This document shows positions 28,231 through 36,093 of a DNA stretch of 64,000 nucleotides, piece by piece. The stretch is from the NCBI GenBank assembly GCA_030690305.1, contig JAUYHB010000020.1, positions 23,535 through 87,534 of the forward strand, given 5' to 3'. Every line of letters starts with the position of its first letter. Positions within the stretch are counted from its first letter, which is position 1. The notes under the pieces were generated by a model. The model was given only the letters and a program-made list of their open reading frames with translations, was not told the DNA's origin and did not search any database. A program made the translations under genes and the position numbers. This DNA comes from a bacterium. GTDB lineage: Bacteria > Patescibacteriota > Minisyncoccia > Phycocordibacterales > JAGLPS01.

Positions 28231-28366
28231 AACCTTTGTGTAAAGCCCTTGCGGGAGAAAAACCCTTGTATATAATTACTTTAAGGCTTAACTCAGGCTT
28301 TTCGCTGTTCTTAGAGCTTGGGTTCCAGGGGGTCGAGAGAATTATTAGTAAACCTACAAGGAATCT

Positions 28367-28639
28367 ATGAACAAACAATCAATCGTAGACGTTGTCGCGG
28401 AAAAAATCGGCGTAACGAAAACCCAAGCAGAACAAGCTGTAGACGCTTTTATTGACTCTATTGTTTCAACTTTGACAAAAGGCGAAGAAGTTTCGATAGC
28501 TGGTTTGGGAATTTTTGCAACCAAAACACGTGCAGCGCGACAAGCTCGTAACCCAAGAACTGGTGCAACTATTCAGGTCCCTTCGATGAAAGTTCCGAAG
28601 TTCCGACCCGCCAAGGCTCTTAAAGATGCAGTCAAGTAA
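28367..28639 (+). CDS. hup: HU DNA-binding protein
   Basis: MNKQ...GLGIF...RAARQARNPRTG...PKFRPAKALKDAV. Confidence 0.97.
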   Translation: MNKQSIVDVVAEKIGVTKTQAEQAVDAFIDSIVSTLTKGEEVSIAGLGIFATKTRAARQARNPRTGATIQVPSMKVPKFRPAKALKDAVK

Positions 28640-28694
28640 AATTTTTCTCTAGAGGAAAAAACAAAATCCGCCCAGAAGGCGGATTTTGTTTTTA

Positions 28695-28765
28695 TGCGGG
28701 TAGGGAGAATCGAACTCCCGACCACAGTTTGGAAAACTGTTGTTTTACCACTAAACTATACCCGC
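28695..28765 (-). tRNA. tRNA-Gly(UCC)
   Basis: Cloverleaf GCGGGTA...TACCCGC A; anticodon arm ACAGT-TT TCC AA-ACTGT; GTTCGA T-loop. Confidence 0.95.
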
Positions 28766-28782
28766 AGATAAAGGTATTCACC

Positions 28783-28853
28783 TTTGCTTCGTTGTCGCTC
28801 GGACACCATGAAACCTAGAAGTTTTCGCGGCGCTTCTCGCTCGACGAAGTAAA
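28783..28853. repeat. Structured intergenic repeat, subtype A
   Basis: TTTGCTTCGTTG...CGCTTCTCGCTCGACGAAGTAAA. Confidence 0.6.
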
Positions 28854-28914
28854 AACTATAGTAGCAAAAATCCAGTTGTTGGGCAATTTTTTACCGATTG
28901 TTATAATCAAACAT

Positions 28915-30018
28915 ATGAACATATTTTTTCGATTTTTTATCCTCTTTTTTATTGCTCTCGCTACAAATTTTTCATTTACCACACCTGCTTCCGACCAAAA
29001 ACAAGATTTTCTTTTACAAGAAACTGAAGAAAAAGTCCCCGAAACCATTAAAGAAAAAGAGTCGGTTTTAGACACGAAAACTCCCGAAAAACCTGAAATG
29101 CTCGTGGTCTCCAGTGGAAACTTGCCTGAGCAACCACAAGTGAGTATTGTGGCAACTCAACCTGAAAAAAGCACGATTGACTTTGAAACAATCAACACAA
29201 GGGCTCGAGAATCTTTGGTAAATGTTCTCTGTCTTGCGAAAGGAGGAGGTCTTCTGCCCATTACCGGCAGCGGAGTTTTTGTGTCCGAAAAGGGCGTCAT
29301 TCTCACAAATGCCCATATAGGGCAATATTTTCTGCTTGATAATTTTGTTGATTGCTTCATCAGAACCGGAAGTCCGGCAACGGCAAAATACAAAGCCTCT
29401 CTCCTGTATATCTCAAAAAGATGGGTAGTGGAAAACTCAAAGAGTATCGTCACGGACAATCCTAAGGGTACGGGAGAAAACGATTACGCCTTACTTTTGG
29501 TGACAGAAACAACCAATAATTCACAGTTACCGGGCGTATTCCCCCACCTTGAAATGGAGCTTACGAATGAGCCTCAGCAAAATGATGCGGTTCTCATTGC
29601 CGGATATGCCGCAGGCTTTTTGGGAGGATTAACAATTGAAAATGGTCTGTCGATTCTTTCAACCATAAATAATATTGCAAATATTTTTACTTTCAAGGAG
29701 ACCACGGTTGACCTGCTTTCCATAAGTGGAAGTATTGTTTCTCAAAAAGGGTCGTCAGGGGGAGCAGTGGTCAACGAGAAGGGAAAACTTGCCGGAATTG
29801 TTGCAACAGCAACCCAAGAATCGGAAACCGAGACAAGAGAGTTGCGAGCAATAACCACAGGCCACGTCAACCGAAGTTTCTCTGAAGAAGTTGGTGAATC
29901 AATTCCATTATTCTTCTCTCAAAATCTTCAGGAAAAAATGAAGTTTTTTAGAGACTTTGAATTCCCTTCCTTACAAAAAATTCTCTTGGATAAAATAGCG
30001 GAAAAAAACAAAAACTGA
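28915..30018 (+). CDS. Exported trypsin-like serine protease
   Basis: GSG, LTNAH, DYALL and GSSGG triad motifs; N-terminal signal or anchor; start taken at ATG 28915. Confidence 0.9.
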   Translation: MNIFFRFFILFFIALATNFSFTTPASDQKQDFLLQETEEKVPETIKEKESVLDTKTPEKPEMLVVSSGNLPEQPQVSIVATQPEKSTIDFETINTRARESLVNVLCLAKGGGLLPITGSGVFVSEKGVILTNAHIGQYFLLDNFVDCFIRTGSPATAKYKASLLYISKRWVVENSKSIVTDNPKGTGENDYALLLVTETTNNSQLPGVFPHLEMELTNEPQQNDAVLIAGYAAGFLGGLTIENGLSILSTINNIANIFTFKETTVDLLSISGSIVSQKGSSGGAVVNEKGKLAGIVATATQESETETRELRAITTGHVNRSFSEEVGESIPLFFSQNLQEKMKFFRDFEFPSLQKILLDKIAEKNKN

Positions 30019-30065
30019 GGATAGGATCATGGATTTAGTCCACGATTAGGTCTTTATCTTGAAAT

Positions 30066-30343
30066 TCGGGGAACCGGGATTTGAATCTTACAGATTCTGT
30101 ACACCTTTCGCATTTTGAAAACAAAATGCTCAAGGTCTTGCAGCGCGCTCCCAGCACGCTTCACCCGGAGTCGTTTCTCCTTCGGAGCCACGGATATTCC
30201 CCGAATATCCGATCAATTCTCTGTCGGGGTGCCGAGAATCGAACTCGGGTCTTACGCTCCCAAAGCGTGAATACTACCATTGTACTACACCCCGACACAA
30301 AATTGATCCCAAAGCGAGTATGTTACCGTTGCACTATTCCCCG
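30066..30343 (-). ncRNA. Interrupted (outer) tRNA-Pro-like scaffold enclosing an intact tRNA
   Basis: 5' CGGGGAA pairs with 3' TTCCCCG-A; D-arm and TGG anticodon at 30307-30343; T-stem CCGGG/CCCGG split by an about 78-nt structured insert. Confidence 0.7.
30224..30294 (-). tRNA. tRNA-Pro(UGG) (inner, intact)
   Basis: CGGGGTG...CACCCCG A; anticodon loop TT TGG GA; CCGAG-TTCGATT-CTCGG T-arm. Confidence 0.93.
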
Positions 30344-30394
30344 TCGCAAGAAGTCTAGCACAGCAAAGGAATTGCCGAAAGTTGTCCTTTAAAA

Positions 30395-30802
30395 TCAAAG
30401 GATTAAATCTTCGAGTAAATCAATTTTTGCCTTTTTCCCCTCTCTGTCGAGATAAATTGAAACAGCCCCGAACGTCCATTCAACATCTTCCATTTTTCTT
30501 TCTATCAGGTAGAGGGATATGGTTTCAGAAAGTCTCTTTAATTTTAAAGGATGAATGTTGTCCTCCGGTCTGTAAGTGTCTTTTGTTTCATAAGAAACAT
30601 CATGTTCGATGTTTTCACATGAAACAGTTTTGACTTCAAAAAAATAAGTCTTTGAGTCCTTTTTGGCGATAATGTCTATTTCTCCTTGTTTCTTTCTAAA
30701 ATTTCTTTCGAAAACCAAATATCCCTTAGATTTTAAAAATCGACAGGCAATATCTTCTCCCAAACGACCAACTTCTAGATGTCTTTGTTTCATGTCAAAC
30801 AT
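30395..30802 (-). CDS. yraN: YraN family (UPF0102) nuclease-like protein
   Basis: GRLGEDIA, RNF, GEIDIIA and FFEVKT motifs; the start may be at 30793. Confidence 0.92.
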   Translation of the reverse strand: MFDMKQRHLEVGRLGEDIACRFLKSKGYLVFERNFRKKQGEIDIIAKKDSKTYFFEVKTVSCENIEHDVSYETKDTYRPEDNIHPLKLKRLSETISLYLIERKMEDVEWTFGAVSIYLDREGKKAKIDLLEDLIL

Positions 30803-31051
30803 TTAAAAGTTTTCACGTGAAACCTTTTATCGTATTTTTGTTCTTTACAACGTCTTTTATAATTTAATGGCTTATATTAGGCCTTTTGTCTATTATTCAG
30901 AGACATCTCCCTTGTCTTTTATACACGGTATCAACAGAGTTATTAACATTTTTCAAATTTTCTGTTGATATTTTTGCTGAAAATAAGGATAAAAACATAA
31001 ACCTGTCTAAGAGACAAAAGACAGACAGCCTGGGCATAGGGTTGAAATATT

Positions 31052-31125
31052 TGGTGCGAGTAGGGGGAATCGAACCCCCACCATCTGATTGGCAACCAAA
31101 TGTTCTACCATTAAACTATACTCGC
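31052..31125 (-). tRNA. tRNA-Gly(GCC), CCA encoded
   Basis: GCGAGTA...TACTCGC ACCA; anticodon loop TT GCC AA. Confidence 0.95.
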
Positions 31126-31220
31126 AATAAGCGCAATTATAGCCCTATTCAAAAATATTTACAATTGACCTCATCCTGCCCACCACAAGGCGGTTTGCGG
31201 CTCATTAGAGGCACTACGTG

Positions 31221-31292
31221 CGCTCCTGGCAGGATTCGAACCCGCAATAGCGGTTCCGAAGACCGCTGTGATATCCATTTCACCACAGGAGC
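31221..31292 (-). tRNA. tRNA-Arg(UCG)
   Basis: GCTCCTG...CAGGAGC G; anticodon arm GCGGT-CT TCG GA-ACCGC. Confidence 0.95.
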
Positions 31293-31350
31293 ATGAACAT
31301 ACATCATAACGCGGTTAGGAAAAAAACGAAATATATAATAAAATGGAACG

Positions 31351-32838
31351 ATGAAAAAGGCTGAAAATAAGGTCAATTCTAAAATACCGGACGAAGTTTC
31401 ACGAATAACAGAAGCTTTGGAAAAAGCTGGCTTTGAGGCTTACATTGTCGGTGGGTGTGTCAGAGATTTGCTTTTAGGCAGACGGCCAAAGGACTGGGAC
31501 ATAACCACAAACGCGAAGCCTGAAGAAATTATTTCTTTATTTGATGAAACATTCTATGAAAATGAGTACGGAACGGTGGGGGTGGTAAATAAAGGAATAG
31601 AAGACAAAACTCTTTCTATTGTTGAGGTTACCCCGTATAGACTTGAGGCGGAATATTCAGACAATCGCCGGCCTGATTCGGTTACTTTTAGTGAAAAAAT
31701 AGAAGACGACCTAAAAAGAAGAGATTTTACAATAAACGCCATTGCGTACAGTGTTTCGGGGAACACAGTAGTTGATCTGCACGACGGCAGAGGTGACTTG
31801 TCACAAAAAATATTGCGCACGGTTGGGAACCCCCTCGAACGCTTTGAAGAAGACGGACTAAGAATTTTGAGAGCCATTAGGCTTCACGCAGAACTTGGTT
31901 TCACGATAGAAAAAGAGACCTTGGAGGCAATAAAAAGAGCAGGGGGCTTACTTAAAAAAATTTCAAAGGAACGAATCAGGGACGAATTTGTCCGAATTAT
32001 AATGTCTGACAATCCTGTTAATTCCCTTGTTTTAAGCCGTGAATTGGGAATTTTGGAACACATCATACCTGAGCTTGAAAAAGGGGTAGGGATTGAACAA
32101 AATCAGGCCCACTCATATGACGTTTGGGAACACGGCCTCAAAACGCTTCAGCACGCAGTGAGTAAAAAATGGGGATTAAGCCTGCGGCTTTCTGCGATGT
32201 TCCACGACATTGGGAAACCACCGACAAGACAATGGTCCCCGGAAAAAAAGGATTGGACATTTTATGGCCATGACGTCGTGGGGGCCCGCATTACGGAAAA
32301 AACTCTTAAAGATTTGAAATTCCCTAAAGAGGTTATCGATAAAGTTGGTAAATTGGTCCGTTGGCATATGTTTTTTTCCGACACGGACCAGATAACCCTG
32401 TCGGCGGTGCGTAGGCTCGTTTCGCGCGTAGGACAAGAGAATGTGTGGGATTTGATGAATCTTCGGGTGTGCGACAGGATAGGCACAGGGAGACCGAAAG
32501 AGAGCCCCTACAGGCTCAGGAAGTACCAATCAATGATCGAGGAGGTTATGGCTGACCCTATTTCCGTCGGGATGTTAAAAATAGACGGGAATGTACTTAT
32601 AAAAAAATTAAAATTGAGTCCCGGACCCAAAATCGGCTATATTTTACATGCCCTCTTAGAGGAGGTGTTGGAAAATCCCCTTAACAATACAGAGGACTAT
32701 CTTGAGAAAAAATCAAGGGAATTAGCCGCATTATCTGATTCCGAGCTTAAAAAAATGGGAGAGAAGGGAAAAGTTGAAAAAGAAAACCTCCAGGAGGAAA
32801 AAATCAAAGAAATTCGAGATAAATATTGGGTTAAATAA
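31351..32838 (+). CDS. cca: CCA tRNA nucleotidyltransferase with HD domain
   Basis: VGGCVRD, DWD, RRDFTINA, EDGLRILRA and FHDIGK motifs. Confidence 0.95.
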   Translation: MKKAENKVNSKIPDEVSRITEALEKAGFEAYIVGGCVRDLLLGRRPKDWDITTNAKPEEIISLFDETFYENEYGTVGVVNKGIEDKTLSIVEVTPYRLEAEYSDNRRPDSVTFSEKIEDDLKRRDFTINAIAYSVSGNTVVDLHDGRGDLSQKILRTVGNPLERFEEDGLRILRAIRLHAELGFTIEKETLEAIKRAGGLLKKISKERIRDEFVRIIMSDNPVNSLVLSRELGILEHIIPELEKGVGIEQNQAHSYDVWEHGLKTLQHAVSKKWGLSLRLSAMFHDIGKPPTRQWSPEKKDWTFYGHDVVGARITEKTLKDLKFPKEVIDKVGKLVRWHMFFSDTDQITLSAVRRLVSRVGQENVWDLMNLRVCDRIGTGRPKESPYRLRKYQSMIEEVMADPISVGMLKIDGNVLIKKLKLSPGPKIGYILHALLEEVLENPLNNTEDYLEKKSRELAALSDSELKKMGEKGKVEKENLQEEKIKEIRDKYWVK

Positions 32839-33321
32839 GAGCCGTTCGTAATCCCTTTTTCAAAGCACGAATATTTTTCTGCTAAAAAATTCCTTGAGCT
32901 CATGCCGTCGCATTCGCTAGTCTCTGAAAAAGGGATTACTTACTCCAACCGGCAGAAAGACAAAAGGAGAATAATAAAAAGATATAGAGCAACGGCTTTT
33001 CCCGACAGTTCCTGTGGGGGTTTTTTATGTACAAAAACAACCGCCTCAACGTGGAGGCGGTTCTAAGAGCTATACAGTAAAATATATTGTCCTTTATCAT
33101 ACCCAAGGAGAAAAATTAAGAGAGGTTTTTGTTGCGAGTATGTATATGTGTGACAAAACTCTTACCATAAGAGTCTTAGTAAGTCGACTTAATTCCAAAG
33201 AACTAACGTCAGATTTTTTCTTTGTTCAAGATTTCCATCCAACGTCTAATTGAAAGTATATCAGTGGTAAAGGACAAGTAAAGATCTTGGGTGTTGATAA
33301 CTGTCTTTTATAGTTTGTCCT

Positions 33322-34098
33322 TTATTCTAGGCCTTTGAGGGTAAGAGAAATCGGACAATGATCGGAGCCCGTTACATCTTTCAAAATCTTTGTAGAAATA
33401 ACATTTTTTTCGGTATCCGGACTAATGAAAAAGTAGTCGATTCTCCACCCAACATTTCTTACTCTCGCAAAAGTTTTCATATCCCAGTATGTATACGCGT
33501 CTCGTGTTTCCGGATTTAATTTTCGGAAAATGTCTATGTATCCTTTGCTTATAACTTCGTCTATCCACGCCCTTTCTTCAGGAAGAAAGCCCGTATTTTT
33601 TTCGTTTTCTTTCGGCCGTGCAAGGTCTATTTCTTCATGGGCGGTATTTACATCACCGCAAAAAATAACTTTGAAGCCTTTGGCTCGAAGACGCTCAACA
33701 TAAGCAAGAAAGGCCTTGTAAAATTCAAGTTTAAACTTTATCCGATGAGGCCCTCCGCCTCCGTTAGGGAAGTAGGCATTTGAAATTGCGAAGTTTTTAA
33801 AAAGAGCGGTAACCATTCGTCCCTCTTGATCAAGTTCGGGAATTCCGAGACCGATTTCCACTTTTTCCGGCCTTTGTTTAGTGTAAAGAGCGACTCCGCT
33901 GTATCCTTTTTTTGTTTTTGCATGGTCAAAATACGCGGAAAAACCTTTCGGGTTCCGTACTTCTTCCGGTAATTGGTCGGGGTGCGCCTTTGTTTCTTGA
34001 AGACATAAGATATCGGGGCTCTCCTTTATAAGCCAGTCCCAACAACCTTTCTTGTGGCATGCCCTGATTCCATTTACGTTCCAAGAGATAATGTTCAT
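33322..34098 (-). CDS. xth: Exodeoxyribonuclease III
   Basis: SWNVNG, LQETK, GDVN, GWRIDY and SDHCP; start taken at ATG 34098. Confidence 0.97.
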   Translation of the reverse strand: MNIISWNVNGIRACHKKGCWDWLIKESPDILCLQETKAHPDQLPEEVRNPKGFSAYFDHAKTKKGYSGVALYTKQRPEKVEIGLGIPELDQEGRMVTALFKNFAISNAYFPNGGGGPHRIKFKLEFYKAFLAYVERLRAKGFKVIFCGDVNTAHEEIDLARPKENEKNTGFLPEERAWIDEVISKGYIDIFRKLNPETRDAYTYWDMKTFARVRNVGWRIDYFFISPDTEKNVISTKILKDVTGSDHCPISLTLKGLE

Positions 34099-34111
34099 AG
34101 TTAATCTAAAA

Positions 34112-35023
34112 TTACTTTTGATTGCCCTTGTTATGGAATCGATGGTGCACATCACGAAGATGCTTATCCGTAACATGAGTATAGATTTGCGTTGTCCCAA
34201 TGTGCGCGTGGCCCAAAAGGGCTTGAACCGAGCGTAAATCTGCGCCGCTCTCAAGAAGATCAGTCGCAAAACTATGCCGGATGACATGCGGCGTTACTTT
34301 TTTGGTGATACCCGCCTTAATGGCATAGTATTTTACAATTCGTTCTACCGAACGTGAAGTAAGTCTTTTGGCATTAGTGTCGTGCCTGCTTACATGGATG
34401 AATAAGGCATCTTCCATGTCGGTTCGTTTTCCAAGGTACTGGCGTATTGCCTCCTTCGCACGCGGGGAAATAAAAACTACGCGCACTTTGTCTCCTTTTC
34501 CACGGATGGAAACTTCATCTTTCCTCAAATCAATATCTCGGGGAAGAGAGCAAAGTTCTGAAACACGAAGACCTGTGGAAAAAAGCAATTCAAGTATCGC
34601 CCTGTCCCGCAAATCCTTAACTGTTTTGGCATTTGGGGCTTCAATAAGGCGTTGCAGTTCATCCGCCGAAATGAGATCCAGGGAGCGTTCTCCCACTTTG
34701 GCAAGCTCTATACGATCCGGAGACAGAGACTGTATTTTCCGGCGCATAAGATACTTAAGGAAGGAACGAAGGGCAATAAGATAATAATTTTGGGTACGTT
34801 TTTTGAGCGTGTCGTAAGGGCCTCCGCTTTTCGTCTTTTTTCTGTTAAGAAAAAGGCGGTATTCCCTGATTAAATCGTCGGAAATATCTTCCGGTTGCTC
34901 GGTTCCGATAAAAATAAGAAAGGAGTCCAGGTAATGGGCGTAATTTTCAACTGTTTTGAGGCTTCTGCCTTTCTCGATTTCAAGATATTCGAGAAATTCT
35001 CGTTTGAGCTGGGTAAGCGTCAT
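34112..35023 (-). CDS. XerC/D-family tyrosine recombinase
   Basis: GLRVSEL, GKGDK, HVIRHSFAT, LGH and TTQIYTH catalytic motifs; start taken at ATG 35023. Confidence 0.95.
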   Translation of the reverse strand: MTLTQLKREFLEYLEIEKGRSLKTVENYAHYLDSFLIFIGTEQPEDISDDLIREYRLFLNRKKTKSGGPYDTLKKRTQNYYLIALRSFLKYLMRRKIQSLSPDRIELAKVGERSLDLISADELQRLIEAPNAKTVKDLRDRAILELLFSTGLRVSELCSLPRDIDLRKDEVSIRGKGDKVRVVFISPRAKEAIRQYLGKRTDMEDALFIHVSRHDTNAKRLTSRSVERIVKYYAIKAGITKKVTPHVIRHSFATDLLESGADLRSVQALLGHAHIGTTQIYTHVTDKHLRDVHHRFHNKGNQK

Positions 35024-35069
35024 AACAACATTGTGCGACATTTGACAAAAGAGGGAAAGGAAAAAAGTC

Positions 35070-35098
35070 TTGCAAAAGAAGGACTTTCGTGCTATATT
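35070..35098 (+). promoter_or_regulatory. Sigma70-type promoter of rpsO
   Basis: TTGCAA-17-TATATT with extended TG; ATG is 8 nt downstream. Confidence 0.65.
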
Positions 35099-35106
35099 TC
35101 ACCCAC

Positions 35107-35373
35107 ATGCTTACGAAATTGAAGAAAAAAAGAGTTATAGAAGGCGTTAAAATACACGACACCGATACCGGCTCGGCGGAGGTTCAGATTGCACTTTTAA
35201 CGAGACGGATTGAAGAATTGACTGACCACCTCAAGAAAAACAAGAAAGACAAGCATTCAAGACGGGGTCTTCTCAAGATGGTGGCCACCAGACAGACACA
35301 TATGGGGTATCTCCATAAGAAAAACGTGAGACGCTACAACTCCCTCGCAAAAAAACTCAATATTAAAAAATAA
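35107..35373 (+). CDS. rpsO: 30S ribosomal protein S15
   Basis: DTGSAEVQIALLT and DKHSRRGLLKMV; start taken at ATG 35107. Confidence 0.98.
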   Translation: MLTKLKKKRVIEGVKIHDTDTGSAEVQIALLTRRIEELTDHLKKNKKDKHSRRGLLKMVATRQTHMGYLHKKNVRRYNSLAKKLNIKK

Positions 35374-35424
35374 TCGCCCCCGCCCTTAAGGCGGGTTCGG
35401 TTTTTACTTAAATTTTATTACGTT

Positions 35425-35946
35425 ATGACAGTTATCAAACATCCGGGACAAAGAGTGGGAGTTTTTATTGATTCACAGAATCTTTATCACAGTGCCAAGA
35501 ACCTTTATAAGAGGAGAGTCAACTTCGGACAAGTTGTCAAAGAGGGTCTCGCGGGTAGGGCGCTTATACGCGCTATTGCTTACGTTGTGAAAACCGAAAG
35601 CGGAGAAGAGCAAGCGTTTATTGACGCTCTGGAAAAGTCCGGCATAGAAACAAAAACAAAAGATCTTCAGATATTTTGGGGAGGAGCAAAAAAGGGCGAC
35701 TGGGATGTCGGTATCGCGGTGGACGCCATTAATCTTTCTCCCAAACTCGACGCGGTGATTCTCGTTTCCGGAGACGGTGACTTTGTTCCGCTTGTCGAAT
35801 ATCTAAAATACAATAAGGGATGCCAGGTGGAGGTTATCGCGTTCGGGAAATCGTCTTCGGCACGACTCATTGAAGCGGCAGACGATTTTATTGACCTGGA
35901 CGTCAATTCAAAAAAATATCTCATGCCGGGTTCCGACTACAGATAG
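35425..35946 (+). CDS. NYN domain (LabA/DUF88) protein
   Basis: FIDSQNL, DWDV and SGDGDFVPL motifs. Confidence 0.92.
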   Translation: MTVIKHPGQRVGVFIDSQNLYHSAKNLYKRRVNFGQVVKEGLAGRALIRAIAYVVKTESGEEQAFIDALEKSGIETKTKDLQIFWGGAKKGDWDVGIAVDAINLSPKLDAVILVSGDGDFVPLVEYLKYNKGCQVEVIAFGKSSSARLIEAADDFIDLDVNSKKYLMPGSDYR

Positions 35947-36025
35947 TGGAGAGTGTGTGGGTGTGTGAGAAAGTCTTGAACAAAAAATAGGTTTTGTTAG
36001 ACTGGCATCATTACTAGGTTAATCG

Positions 36026-36083
36026 GTGGTCTTTGGATAGATAGATTTGAAAGACACTTTCAAGTCTGGAATCCAAGGATCAC
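36026..36083 (+). promoter_or_regulatory. Long stem-loop in the pnp 5' leader
   Basis: GTGGTCTTTGGA/TCCAAGGATCAC outer stem and AGATTTGAAAG/CTTTCAAGTCT inner stem. Confidence 0.65.
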
Positions 36084-36093
36084 TCCACAATGT

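Larger units (their letters stand above)
30584..31410. promoter_or_regulatory. Cluster of parS-like palindromes
   Basis: TGTTTCATAAGAAACA 30584, GTTTTCACATGAAACA 30611, TGTTTCATGTCAAACA 30786, GTTTTCACGTGAAACC 30809 and AGTTTCACGAATAACA 31395, against consensus TGTTTCACGTGAAACA. Confidence 0.7.

Noticed and set aside
1591-28853. Repeats as a CRISPR array
   Set aside because: The copies are dispersed, degenerate and not regularly spaced, and no cas genes are present.
30066-30343. Group I intron as the explanation for the interrupted tRNA-Pro
   Set aside because: I could not identify a P7 pairing or a U|...G| splice-junction arrangement, and the inserts are short. This is not fully excluded without a covariance-model search.
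30081-31376. ORFs 30081-30392, 30382-30633, 30886-31296 and 31149-31376
   Set aside because: They run across tRNA genes or are antisense to yraN; spurious.
34112-35023. Tyrosine recombinase as a prophage, ICE or integron integrase
   Set aside because: It has Xer-like length and motifs and housekeeping neighbours (xth, rpsO), with no att sites, cassettes or phage genes.
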